Assembly (NCBI GenBank): GCA_038087875.1
Contig: CM075990.1
Span: 558,001 to 622,000, forward strand
DNA: 64,000 bases
Direction: 5' to 3'
Source of the DNA: Malacoraja senta
Lineage: Eukaryota
Below are positions 20,589 through 33,779 of this stretch, in pieces. The notes beneath the pieces were generated by a model that saw only the letters and a list, made by a program, of their open reading frames with translations, had not been told where the DNA came from and did not search any database. Each line of letters starts with the position of its first letter. Position 1 is the stretch's first letter. Position numbers and translations under genes: made by a program.

Positions 20589-23500
20589 AAAAGTAAGATT
20601 AAACGAGAACTTACGACGTTTGAAGTTTGATCCTTATTTTATGAGTTACGTTGGTGATTACGTGAAGAAGACCCGTCAAGGCGCATGCACGTCAATCTTC
20701 AAAGCAGCCGTATGAAATCACAGATAACACAATATTTGAAGTAACATATTAAGATGAGCAACATGAGAACTACCATATGACCTTTTTTATGAGAGAGGGT
20801 TGGGCGTGGCGGGCACGTAATCACCAACGTAACTCCTCATAAAATAAAGATCAAACTTCAAACTTGGTAAGATCTCGTTTAATCTTACTATTTTACTTCG
20901 GAGTCACGTTAGTGACTACGTGCAGGGTTCAAAGCTGTGATTTTATGCCGTGGATCCAAATCCCAGCTTCTCACTGCATTGATTGACTTTCGATGAGAAA
21001 CAATCAATAATGCGTTAAACATGAAATGTGAATATCATGCAGTAACAATTGATTTGAATAATCAAAACAACCAGTAACCCCTCTATCCCAGGGGAAACTA
21101 AACAGGACTTAATCCTGAATTTGCAAACATCCTCTCGCCGATCGGCACTCAGCCGATAGTAAATTTGTTTTTTTAACAATTCATTTGACCACCCGGCACC
21201 TGTAAGAATATGGCCGATGTGAACATCCATCGCCCTGGCCGACGACGTTGCCGCTGCACTAGTGGAAAAAAGGATATATACACTTCAGTGTTAATACTTG
21301 CCTTAATCAACATTTGCTTTAAACCACCTTGAGATAGTCTGCACTGACACTCTCCTGTGTTGCTTCATGTAACTGATAAACAATGCTGTTTCCACATTTC
21401 TTAAGGTCTTTATAGCTTCAATATAGTGAAAATAAATGTGCCATTACACATAAACATGGATCAGTAGGTTATGCTGAAACACAATTTTAACAAACCTGTG
21501 ACACCTGGCCTGCTCTGTTTGAGCAGGACGCAAATATATAACATAACATTCTCTTCAGCAACTTCCATCCTGTCTAGCAGAAGCTTTTGCAAACTCTGCA
21601 CTTGCTATGCTGTACCAATGCCATGAGCATAACCGCTTTCATGATTAGTTTGGCAAATTCAGAGACATGACAGGAACCTACTGTCGAAGCATCTTGAGGA
21701 CCACACTTACATCCCAGATCGTCATATACCTGGGTTTAGGTTTAGAGTTGAAATTCCTTTCATCAATCCAGCTATGATATGATGAAACCAAATAGGATCT
21801 TTCCTGACCCCCTCAAAACCATACGAGGACAAAGCACTTAAAGCTGTATTAATGGTGCTATAAATGAGCCCCTTGCATCATCGTAGAGTCCCTTTTGAGT
21901 ACTCCTTCTCCAGGCTACTGTGAGAATGTCCACCGTTCACCAGACAGTCCTTGCTCCAGGTATGGCCTTCTTAAAACCTGCAAATTAACAAGTCAATACT
22001 ATCACATAACAGATGACTTTCCCGTGTTAGCGGATGCTCCAGTCAATTCCTACGCTTGGGAACCATCAAAAAGAGGTTGGATCCCTAACTGTAACATCAA
22101 AGGGAACCATGCTTGATTCGGCCAAGTAGGTATTACAAGCACCCCCAAAGCGGCATCCTGCTTGATTTCTTGCAGACTCTGACCTATTAGGCAAAATGGT
22201 AGGAAAATATATAAAACATACCACCCCAATGTAACATCAAAGTATCAATTGCAACTGCCACCTGGTCTGGTTCCCATGAAACCTATTTAGTCTGCTGATG
22301 GTTGAACCTTGATGCAAAACAAATCGATATCTGGCATTCATATATAAGTGCTATATTATTGAACACCTGGTTCAACATCCAATCTATGTTGTCATGGAAC
22401 TTCCGTGACTTGGCGTCTGCTACTATGTAGAATCTACCTGGTAGATAAATAGCTGAAATATCTTTTTCAATGCACCAGGCTCAAATGTGATTAGCCAATC
22501 TGCCACAAAATGCCAACTTGATTCCACCGATGTGATTAATATATATGCCACTTGCGTAGTATTGTCAATCTGAAAACTGAACATGCAGATTACATTTGTT
22601 AGAGCAATAAGCCTCTTTATAGTTAATTGCCCATGTCTGCAGAAACGATGCCTCTTGCTCAGTCCATCTGCCTCCACAGCTGAAACTCGTATCCGTGACA
22701 CCCCACCCGAGTGCACTGACATTCTTCTGCAAAATCATGGAAGGCTGGTCAAGCATTACCTTGCTATAACTTCTGGACACATGATGAATCCACCATTGCA
22801 AATCAGAAATAGCCTATACTGATAACTGCATAGGTCTATTATAATGATCCGAATGTATCCTTAATGTATCCTTAATGCTTGATACACCTGTCAATTAGCT
22901 CTACCCCTTTTCCCTGAGCAGAGTCACTTAATTGAATCAATTGTGACCCAAATAGTCAGGTGTTAATTTGGATTCCTCTGGATGTATAATGCCCAATCTT
23001 TGAAAATTGGATTTAACAACTATCACCTGTTACTTCAGCTGTTCTCTTGGATACCCCTGTAATCAAGATATCATTGAGATAAGCCACGAGCACCTGACCC
23101 TGGCCTCTCAGCATGCCTATTATAGATTTTAACAATTTTGTTGCCATAGTTGATCCATCCAGGTGAATTTCAAATATCCTTATCCTGCAAATAAACAGAC
23201 ATTGAGTAATGCGCACCTTTAAGGTCTATAGTTGCCATATAGCATCCTCTTGACCCAGTTGCTTAGCAGTGACAATTCCATCTTACAATGTCTATACTAT
23301 ATCCCCCATCCTTTTTTGGCCTGGGAAAATATTAGACACAAATTGATGGGGTTGGTGAACTACTACACCTTTATCACATAAGCTTGCAAGCGCAGTCTGA
23401 ACATCCATCTGTTCTGTTAATGAAACTGAATAGTTCTCCCAAGAACATGTTGAATGTGCAAATCACAATTTGGATTGAAATCCATTCGAAACCTTTGAAT

Positions 23501-24884
23501 AACACTCTGTATAAAACAGAGCTAAGGTAATTTGCTTCCATTCATCCCAGAAACAGATGTAATGTACCCCAGATTTAAGTTGTGTCACATTTGATATGTG
23601 CACCTGAGAACCAGGCCCACATACCTCCTTGGTACCTGGTGGATGCCGTTGTCCCCGGCTCCTTGGCGGGAAAGCCAATGTTTGACCATGTTCCCGCTTC
23701 GTTTGTCGGGGTACTTTCTTTTTTGGAAACTTCCCGACTGCGGGTGGCTTGATCAAGCCCACCGTCTTTGCCTCGTCATCCATGTCCTTGACACACTTGG
23801 CGAGATCCTCTCCGAAGAGTAGGTTGGCCGGCTGTGTTGCTTGGCTGGAAAAATACTGCAATCTTGGAATTAATGGTGGGCCGAATGGCACTTTCCCTGA
23901 GACAATTTATCTAAAAAATGGGTGGTACAAAGCAACCCTAGTACCTCTTGCTGCGTCTCCGACACATGCCCTCCATCCACCGTTCTCGCGAACGCCGTGA
24001 TTCCTGAGCCAAGTAATTTCAGGATTCTCTGCAGCTTCATCTCCTGGGCACTGCACGCCCATGCCCATCTGGCTCCATATCACCCGGTTCACTGCTGGCA
24101 CCTTCAGCAACTCGCAGTTACCCTGTCTCTTGGTGATTCCAGACTCTGACTGGACAGCGAATCGTGCTGCCAGAGAATGGACCTCTGACAACGGCCGTTC
24201 TTCGCTAATTTCCAAGTCTCCGTCAGAGTCGGGGTCAGACCTTAGCTGACCCTCTGCACTCACCTCATGCATGAGGGTGCTTTAAGCAGCCCTCTACCAG
24301 GTGCTGCCGGCGTGGCCTTTCTGCAGCCTACCGCCCACACGACTCCTCCCCGGAGTGTGCGTTTCTGGAGCAACCTCTGGATGAGGTGCTCCATTTGGGA
24401 GAACCATTTAAAAAATGTCTCCAGCCCCGTACAGGCTCGTTGTGGCCCGACTCAGTTGAGTCCAAGGGCATCCCAGACTTCCCCGTGCCCTACACCCGAC
24501 TGGCGTTGGCTTTGGTGCTTTTTAGCACTGAGTCTGAAGTCACCCCGCTCCCGGTCGGCGACTGTGCAGGGGTATGAGGTGGCCGCTGACAGACCGCATT
24601 CCAGCGGCTCTCCTATGCTTTACCTGCGGCTGCCCTCCCCCTGGTCGTCTTCATCATGGTGCTGCCTGTAATAATAAAAAACAGAGCACCACAAAATAAA
24701 CTTTCACTCCAGCTAAGTTCCCCCTTAGCTGGAGCTTTAAACTATAAAATTACTCTAAAAGTACTTACCACGGGAGGAGCTCTGTCCTCCCGCTGTCCGT
24801 GCGCCAATGCGACCAATGTAATGACGCGCATGTGCCCTGACGGGTCTTCTTCACGTAGTCACTAACGTGACTCCGAAGTAAAAT
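20589..24884 (-). mobile_element. DIRS1-type retrotransposon, copy 2 (coding-defective)
   Basis: Same termini as copy 1; ICR at 20814-20922; gag-like fragments, RT motif VAYLNDILITG, and RNase H/MT/YR remnants homologous to 2637-5140. Confidence 0.93.
23700..24657 (-). pseudogene. DIRS ORF1 (gag-like) remnant
   Basis: Kozak-context ATG at 24657; NCELLKVPAVNRVIW and LLFGEDLAKCVKD motifs typical of DIRS ORF1. Confidence 0.6.
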
Positions 24885-26092
24885 GAATTTTTGTAGTTAC
24901 AGTGAAAGTGGAAAGAACAAAAAGTGCAAGGGCCACAGTGAGGTAGCTTGGAAGATTTGGAATTCATCCCTAGCATATCAAAGGTCTGTTCAAGAGTCCG
25001 ATAAGCTGTTCTTGCAGCTGCTTCATGATATGTGCATTCACATTCTTGTATCTTCTGCCAGGCAGGAGAGGGGAATGGAAAGAATGACCAGGGTGTAAAT
25101 GGTCTTTGAATAAGTTGGCTACTTTCCCAAGACAGCGTGAGGCAAAGATCCTATAGCGAGCAAGATAGATCACTCGACGAAAAAGACGTAGTACTATCAT
25201 GGGCAGATTCATGGGTAATTTTCGGCTCCATTTCCGTAACCGGCTTCTGTCTCCGCACCAAAGATCCCATAGGATACTAGTGCGGAGACGAAAGCCGGTT
25301 ACGGAAACATCCTCGTAAACTTTAAAAGTTATTTGGGAAAAATCATCTCATTTTCAGAATTATAATTTATTAACACAAACTGTTTCCCCGCAACGTTGAT
25401 TACACTGCGAGTCGGGTCGGGTTGGGTCAGGTCGTGTTGCTGAAATGGATGAAAATGTTGGAGTAACTCAGTGGGACAGGCAACATCTGTGGAGATAAGG
25501 ATCTCCATGGGTCTCCCATTCCTTCTCCCCAGAGAAGTGCCTTTAAATGTTCCTCTCTGCTTCCCCCTCTTGACATCCACTTGTATGTTCCTGACTCATG
25601 CACCTCATGGAGAGAACAACTTGTCTGCCCCTGCAACAACTCAAGGAGGAAATGGGTGATTTTCTTTGAGGATGATCTTAAAGCATTGAAGTGTTAAATG
25701 GAAAGTGACAGACACAAATGGCTGTAGCTTTGGTAAGACAGTGGGCTGGGGGGCATTTGGCAAATTCTCCCAGATATCAGATGCCTTGTGGAATGAGCTC
25801 TGTAAGCATCTGAAACCCAGGGAGAGATTGGTTCAGACAGCAATCTCAGCTGCAGGCTTTGTATGAAAATGACATGCTCTTCATAATCTCTTGACGGCTT
25901 CCATTGGGAATAAGGCTTCATACAATTACTAAGGCGCAAAGTAAAGTGAAAGGATTACAGCGAATGTCTGCTGTGCTGTGAATGGTACATGCTGCATGAA
26001 GATCTCAAACATCCGTAAAGCCATCACGACTAATTTGCTGCTCTGATTGACAATCACAATGTGGTGACAGGGATTCAGGTTTACGGGGATTA

Positions 26093-26406
26093 AGGGCGGC
26101 ACAGTGGTGCAGCGGTAGAGCTACTGCCTTATAACGCCGGAGACGCGGGTTCGATCCTGACTATGAGTGCTTAGCTGTATCGAGTTTGTACGTTCTCCCA
26201 GAGACCTTCTTGAGTTTTCTCCGAGATCTTTGCTTTCCTCCCCCACTCCAAAGACGTACAGGTTTGTAGGTGAATTGGCTTGGTATAAAATGTAAAATTG
26301 CCCCTAGTGTATGTAAGTTAGTGTTAATGTGCAGGGATCGCTGGTCGGTGCGGACTAGGTGGGCCAAACGGCCTGTTTCTGCGCTGTATCTCTAAACTAA
26401 ACTAAA
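26093..26406 (+). mobile_element. HE1-type V-SINE, full length
   Basis: A/B-box head, V-domain, (AAACT)n tail. Confidence 0.88.
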
Positions 26407-26719
26407 TTTCCCCACAGAAGATTTTAAAAGGAATTTTGAAGTAGTTTCCAACTGGGCTCCTAGTTTTATTTCCAGCCAATGGAGTGAAAAGTGGAATTTA
26501 TCTTTCGAAGGCAGCTCTCCTGATGGTCTTATCAGAATAATTCCTTCTGATGGCAGTGGTCAAGAAATTCTTGTGCAAGTGCATCAGTGTGGAGATTCAT
26601 AGAAAATAGGTGGAGGAGGAGGCCATTCGGCCCTTCGAGCCAGCACCGCCATTCATTGTGATCATGGCTGATTCAGTGCCTTATCTGTGCTAGAACATTG
26701 AATTAGCATGAATACAGAT

Positions 26720-27085
26720 CATACATAGAACATTATAACTCAGGAACAGGCTCTTCAGCCCACAATGTCCAGGCCAAACATGATGCCAAGCTAACTTAAT
26801 CTCATCAGCCTGCAAATCATCCATGTCTCTCCATTCTCTGCAAATTGATGTGCATCTTCAATGCCATATAAGTATTTACCTCCATCATGCTGGCAGTGCA
26901 TTCCATGCACCCACCACTCTCTATATAAAACACTTGCCTCACAGCTATGCCTTTAGTCTTTGACATTACTACAGTGGGAAAAAGATTTTCAGAGTCTTCA
27001 CTATCTATGCCTCTCATTATTTTGTAGACTTCTATTAGTTCACCCCTCAGATTCCAATGTTCCAAAGAAAACAATCCAAGTTTGT
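26720..27085 (-). mobile_element. CR1 fragment
   Basis: LGLFSLEHWNLRGELIEVYKIMRG. Confidence 0.75.
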
Positions 27086-27127
27086 CCATTGTAGTCCAGC
27101 AGGTTGACTTTTTTAGTTTTTTGTTTT

Positions 27128-27436
27128 GTTTTAGAGTTTCAGCGTGGAAACAGGCCCTTCGGCCCACCGAGTCCGCACTGACCCGCACTCCCCGCACATT
27201 AACACAAGCCTACACACCCCTAAGTACAATTTACACTTATACCAAGTATACAAACCCAAGCCAATTAACCAACAAAACTGTGCGTTTTGGAGTGTGGAAG
27301 GAAACCGAAGATCTCGGAGAAAACCCACGCGATTACGGGGAGAAAGTACAAACTCTGTGCAGACAACACCCATAGTCGGGATTGAACCCGGGTCTCTGGC
27401 GCTGCAAGTGCTGTAAGGCAGCAACTCTACCGCTGC
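27128..27436 (-). mobile_element. HE1-type V-SINE
   Basis: Reverse complement of the SINE body and tail. Confidence 0.8.
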
Positions 27437-28484
27437 AAGACTATTGCTGATCTCATCACCTCTGGTGATCTCCCTTCCACAAGCTCCAATCTTATCGTTC
27501 CACAGCCCCATGCTGCCTCCTTCTATCTCCTTCCCAAAATCCACAAACAGGCCAACCCTGGCAGACCCATTGTTTCTAACCTCTCATATGAATGTTGACT
27601 TCTCTAACTTCAAGTAACCCTTGCTTTCCCTCTCTCTCTGCCCCTCCCCCATCCTAGTTATCTGACTAGTTTCACTGTCCTCCTATTTAAATTTTACTTA
27701 TTGTATGCCTTGTTGTCACCTTCCCCTCAACTATGAACCATTCTACAATCTACATTTTCATTGATAATTGTCCCCTTTGATCTCTCGATTTCACACCTCA
27801 CCCTTCCACATCTCTGTCTCCCACTCTCCTGACAATCAGTCTGAAGAAGGATCTCGACCCGAAACGTCACCCATACCTTTTCTCCAGAGATGCTGCCTGT
27901 CCTGCTGAGTTACTCCTGCATTTTGTGCCTATCATCTCCAAATACCCTGTGTCTATCATCTCCAAATATCATTTCCCACCCGCCCCCGCCCATCTCCCCT
28001 TGTCCATTCCATTCCGACCTACATCCGTGACACCTCACACACCCTTCAACTCTTCAATGACTTTGGATTTCTAGTTCCCCATTGGATCATTTGTGCCATA
28101 AACATCCAAGTGCTTTACATCTACTTACCCCACTAGGAAGGTATCAAGATTTTACCTTGAACAGAGACCACAATTAGTTTTCCTCTACTATGCTCTTCTC
28201 CACCTGACAGAACTTATCCATACTCACCTCAACTCTGTTGACTCCTCTCACTTACTCCAAGTTAAAGGTGGAGCCATGGGCACTTGCATGGACTCAAGCT
28301 ATGCCCGACTTTTTGTTGGTTACGTCGAACAGTCCTTGTTCCATGAGCACATTGGAACATCCCCCAACTGAGGGGCTTGGATAGGGTGAATGTGGAGAGG
28401 ATGCTTCCACTAGTGGGAAAGTCTAGGACCAGAGGTATACAATGACTTTGAAAATATAATTAATCGTGGCTTTGTCAAACATAA

Positions 28485-28804
28485 AAGCCCTGTCCCACTG
28501 TAAGAGTTCATTCAAGAGTTCTCCCGAGTTTGCCCTGATTCGAACTCGGAGATTTACGGTAATGGCCGTTCGCAGGTACTCGGGGCTCTTGTGGACATTT
28601 TTTCAACATGTTGAAAAATCTTCACGAGTCTTCCCGAGCTTACCGTGTTTCCCCGAGTATCTGCCGTTAGCGATACGAACTGCTATGAGACGTCCCCGAG
28701 CTCCGACGTACCCGCTACGTTCATTCTACGTGCTTACCACGAGTTTGATTTTTTTTAACACTCGGGAGAGCTCTTGAATGAACTCGTACCGTGGGACAGG
28801 GCTT
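28485..28804. mobile_element. PIF/Harbinger-type MITE (copy b)
   Basis: TIRs aagccctgtcccac.../...gtgggacagggctt; TAA TSD. Confidence 0.85.
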
Positions 28805-28955
28805 TAAAGTTTAGCACTTCACGCTACGAATCCCAGTTGTGGAGACACTGATATCGCTGTCTCGTTGTAGGACACTGATCTTACTCTTTTATTCTGGATT
28901 TTAAATAATGTATTGTGTTTTTTTAATATATAATTAATGATGCTTTTAATAAGAT

Positions 28956-29360
28956 ACTAGACCAAGAGCAGACCATTGGGTCTGGACCCCGAACGTGCTT
29001 CAGACCCCGGGGTCTGGTTCCCGAAAGTGCTTCGGCTAAAGAAAAAAAATTTGCGTTGTTTTTGGAGCAGAGCCGGGCGGCAACAGCCGTTATGGTGGCT
29101 GGCCAGCAGGAGGAGACAAAATGAGTGAGTGGGGGGGGGGGAGAAGGATTTTATTAAAAATGTGTACATAAACACGACGAAATTTAATCAGGAGTGGATA
29201 CTTGGAATGAAAAGTGAAATCTCTACCGAAATGGAAAAAATCTCGGCGTTTCTGCGTGTAGTTGGTGTAGCAACGAATCAAAGGCTGGCACCCACAAGAC
29301 AGGCAGAAACACACACACGCAGAAACACACACACACACACAGTTTTAAATATAGATAGAT
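28956..29360 (+). mobile_element. Helentron/Helitron-like non-autonomous element
   Basis: 5' actagaccaag with a subterminal hairpin; 3' (ca)n-cagttttaaatatagatagat; same ends as 44769-49026. Confidence 0.6.
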
Positions 29361-29459
29361 ACTAAGATTTTATATGTATTTTATGGTTTTTATATGCAAT
29401 GTATTTTTATGTAATGTTGTCCATAGTCTGTACCTTGAGTCCAAAATAAAGTTTATTAC

Positions 29460-29501
<42 letters not shown>

Positions 29502-30409
29502 TATTAGAGCCTCAGAATTAAAGGACGTTCCTTTAGGAAGGAGATGAGGAGAATTTATTTAGTCAGAGGGAGGTGAATCTGTGGAATTTATTGCCACAGA
29601 AGGCTGTGGAGGCCGTCAATGGATATTTTTAAGGCATAGATAGATTCTTGACTAGTACGGGTGTTAGGGGTTATGAGAGAAGGCAGAAGAATGGGGTTCG
29701 GAGGAGAGATAGATCAGCCACGATTGAATGGCGAAGTAGACTTGATGGGTCGCATAGCCTAATTCTGCTTCTATCACTTATGACCTTATCCAACTGTATC
29801 TCCACTACATCAGTGCCTGCATCGGGGCTGTCAACCTGAATCCTTGCAGAACTTATTGATTTTGTTTTCTTTACAACTAACTTTCACCCTGCCCTCAAAT
29901 TTACTTGGACTCTCTCTGATGCATCTCACCCTTACCTTGAGACAGACTATCGACTGACGATTACTACAACTCTGCCACTTGTAAACTCGCTATCACCTGC
30001 GCTCATTTTTTTTCCGTCTCCAGCCACATCTTCTCCCAAAATGAGATTTTCCTTTCTAGACATCTGAGATGTCCTCTTTCTTGAGTAAATGTGGTTTCCC
30101 CCCTGCTGTTATAGATGGATCCCTCACCCCCATCTCCTCTGTGTCCTGTAGTTCTGCTCTCGCTCCCCCTCAGCCCAGACACAACAAGGATAGAGTTCTC
30201 CTGATTCTCACCTTTCACCCCACCGGCCCACATCTAACGCATAATTCTCCGATATTTCCATCACCTCCAAAATTAATCCCACCACTAATCAAATTTTCCC
30301 ATCCCCCACCCTGCTACGCCTTCTACAGTGACCGTTCCTCCATAACTTCTTGGTTCACATCCATTCCCATCCCTTCCCCAGGTACTTTGTCCTGCAACTG
30401 CAGGAGATG

Positions 30410-31451
30410 TAGCAATGTTACAAAATTTTGAGATTTTAAAAATAAAGTCTGCAATTTATCCCATCAGATAAAGCATAAAAAGAAGTTTAATTTGACACTT
30501 AATTCACTTTCATATCTTCAGTATTAAAAAAGTTATGGCCATTATCATACTCATGAAATTAGCATCTAGTTCCCTATTGCTTTTCCATTGACTTAACACA
30601 AAAGCTGTGATCGAGGACAGTTAAAAGCCCATAACTTTTCTTAAAAATTATGATAACTGAAAGTAATTTTCAGTTATTATAGATTGAAGCATTCTGAAAC
30701 AAATATGAAACAATCTTACTTCGAAGACATGAAGTAAAGCATATAATTAGTTAGTTACCTAATTGTAGCTAATTACAAAATTCAATTACTAGATCTAAAC
30801 ATCTATCAATTTCTTAAGAATAGATTAACATTTTTAAATAGCCTAAGTGTCCACATAACATTCACACAATAATTCACAATATAACATAATTTTTAAATCT
30901 AATTTTCATGAATTTACAGGCCAAATGGAAGGAATTGAATGTTTAATACCTGTAAATTAATGGGGATTTAAATCATCTTGTGAGTGAGGATTTCTGGAAC
31001 GCGATCTTTTCGAACGTTCATTTGCGGTGAATTTAACCCCGTATTGGCATGAAAAATACAGCCGTTAATTCGGGGAATAAAATCACCGTGTCGCATGAAA
31101 AAATGTGAATTAAAGGCTTCTTAAGAAGCACTTTTATACATTTAAAGAAACCGCTTTCATTTACCTGTCCCATGTGTGAAATCCGTCCCCGTTATCGGCG
31201 GTGACGCTTCAGGAGCTGATTTTAAAATTACTCTACCGTTGACATTGACGATTTAATAAAAATAAAAAATACACAAATCGCCACTAGGAACGATTTGTCA
31301 GCCAAGGCTTGTACTCCAACAAAATATTAACCAGGACAAGGGAGGAGAAACCCGTGTTTTAACCCCGCCCCCCCCTTAAAAGCGCCAAAATCGCGCACAC
31401 GGCCAGTGGCAGAATTACAGCGCGACTGAAGGTAAGTTTTGTAACATACCG
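30410..31451 (+). mobile_element. ~1.04-kb non-autonomous DNA transposon (copy b)
   Basis: Near-identical to 8937-9975; flanking duplication aggagatg(t), splitting the Penelope CRRCNT motif. Confidence 0.85.
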
Positions 31452-32384
31452 AGGAGATGTAACACCTGTCCTTATACTTCCTCCCTCTCCTCCATCCAGG
31501 GATCCCAGTAGTTTTTCCAGATGAGACAGAAGTTCATGTGCACCTCCTCTTACCGCATCATGCGGTGTTCCCGATGTGGCCTCCTGTACAATGGTGACAC
31601 CAAGCATAGACTCGCCGACTGTTTCACTGTTTCACTGAGCACTTACGTTCAGTCTGCCTGGTGATGGATGTTGAAGTCCCCATCCAGAGTTCATCCTGTG
31701 CTCCTGCTACATTCAGTGCTTCTTCCACGTATTGATCAATGTGACCACCAACTGCACCATTGAGTAATCTGATGATGATCTTCAGATATTGAGATCACTT
31801 TGATTTTTTTCGAATGTAAGACATATTTAGGGGCGGCACATTGTGACCAGGGTTTGGTCATAACCTCCAGTGCTGTTGCTGTGGAATTTGACATTCTATG
31901 TGAGCCCATGGACTTCGCCTGGGTGCTCCAGTTTCCTCTCACATCCCAAAATGTGCGGCGATTTGTGAGTTAATTAACCACTGTAAATCACAGCTACAGT
32001 ATAGGTGGGTGGGAGAATCAGAGGGAAGTTGATGGGTCAGGAAGCATCTCTGGAGGGAAATGGATAGTCAATATTTTGGGTCGAGACCATTCATTTGAAT
32101 TAAAAGCTCATGATCCAAAACGTTGACTGTCCATTTCCGGTCCACAGATGGCACTGGACCTGTTGAGTTCCTCCAGCAGTATTTTTAGAGTAAAAATGGA
32201 TGTTTGATGTGGACTCATTGGGCCAAAGATCCTGTCTCCATGGTGTAATCCACTGTGCATCCAGAACTGATGGTGCAGCAGTAGAGTTTCTACCTTACAG
32301 CGCTTGCAATGCCAAATGTGTAGCAGAGAGAATTGTAGATGGATAAGAGGCTTGTTGATCATCCTTATTATCACATTATCTCAT

Positions 32385-33133
32385 TATCAGAATCTGAATC
32401 AGAATCAGAATCAGATTTTATTCGCCAAGTATGTTTTTCAACATACGAGGAATTTTACTGGCCAGGTCAGTCATACAATTAAAAGCAACAGACTCAAAAA
32501 CACATTTAACATGAACATCCACCACAGTGACTCCTACACATTCTTCACTTTGATGGAAGGCAAAATAAAGTTAAAGTCTCTTCCTTTGTTCTTCCTCGGT
32601 CGGGGGCCTCGAGCCCTCCATTGACAGGACGGTCTTGACTCCCGTAGCCGGTGGTGTTTGGGCCCTCCGCGTCGAGGCATTCAGCTCCTGCATCGGGGGG
32701 ATGTCAGCTCCCCGTGCCGGGCGATCAAACCTCGTGTTGGGGCTGGACAAACCTTCTGCTGCATTGGAGCTCCCGACTAGCCTCCCCAAGACTGTGAGCC
32801 TTTGTTGGTAAGTCCGCAGGCCGCGGTGGGAGCGATCCCAGGCAAGGGATCTGTTCTGATGTTAAGTCCACGCTCCGCAGTGGGGCTCACGACAGTCCGA
32901 GGCGGCTCCCAGCTCCATCGATGGTAGGCTGCAGAGCCCGGAGAATGTGATCCGAAAAATGATCACATCTCCGGGAAGGTAAGGACTTGAAATAAAGTTT
33001 CCCCCGATCCCCCCCCCCCCCACATTAAACAAACTGAAGAACATAAAAAAAAACTTTAAACAGATGCTAAAAATAAAAAATAAATTGAAAAACGAACAGA
33101 CTGCCGGCAGGACTGGCCATCTCACCAGCGCCC
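32385..33133 (-). mobile_element. unclassified retroelement with (CTGATT)n tail
   Basis: Tail gaatca repeats at 32390-32415; GC-rich 5' part ending at ggcgctggtgagatgg. Confidence 0.45.
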
Positions 33134-33779
33134 CTGGTGGTCTCATTGGTCCGACTGTTGCCAACTGGAGTACGAGAGACACCATCGTAGCAGGAAGCAA
33201 CACCCAGGCTAAACATAAGAAGGAGATCTGTGTCCAGAATAACCCCACCTTCTTATGCTCCAAAGAGTCTTTCAATAAATCACTCACCCATTGAAATCGA
33301 CCTCATGGGAGCAATCGAATATTGACACTCAGCAGAATGTGGAGAATGGGTCTGATTTGTAGAGACATTAGGAGAGAGAAAAAGTAGGCAAATGGAACCA
33401 GATGGGCGGAGAAAAAGGGAGTGAGATAGACTGAAGCTGCAACGTGGTAAGTGGAGACACGAGAGCTGGAGATGCTGGATTACGTAACAAAGATTATGTG
33501 GAATCTGATGAGGGAAAGATGGTGTGTGTAGGAAGGAACTGCAGATACTGGTTGATACTGAAGATAGACACAAAAAGCTGGTGTAACTCAGCGGGACAGG
33601 CAGCATCTCTGGAGAGAAGGAATGGGTGACATTTCGGGTCGAGACTCTTCTTCCAACAGGAAGGATGATAAGCAGATAGAGCCATTTTGGGAAGTGATCA
33701 GAGAACCAGAAGATATAGCTTATGGGTGATTGTCAGAGGGAATTAGGTGGGGCAGGGGAACAAAAAAGTGGAGTGAGCA

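Larger units (their letters stand above)
28437..29505 (+). mobile_element. non-LTR retroelement 3' end with (ATT)n tail, inserted in a CR1 fragment
   Basis: aataaa followed by (att)n at 29446-29505; CR1 sequence flanks both sides (28370-28436 and 29506-29787). Confidence 0.55.
27500..31660 (+). mobile_element. degraded Penelope element (RT + GIY-YIG) with nested insertions
   Basis: FYLLPKIHKQANPGRPIVS, TYIRDT, GGAMGT...YARLFVGYVEQ, LTFHP and CNCRRCNT fragments in the correct order. Confidence 0.75.

Noticed and set aside
26093..26170. tRNA-like sequence (here and at other SINE heads)
   Set aside because: It is the tRNA-derived head of HE1-type SINEs, continuing into the V-domain and tail
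26475..26601. Possible host exon after ttttatttccag (QWSEKWNLSFEGSSPDGLIRIIPSDGSGQEILVQ)
   Set aside because: No convincing donor site, no recognisable protein and no partner exons; would need RNA-seq or homology
33128..33140. CTCF-like motif ccaccaggggcgc (minus strand)
   Set aside because: One base short of the consensus and located at a TE boundary
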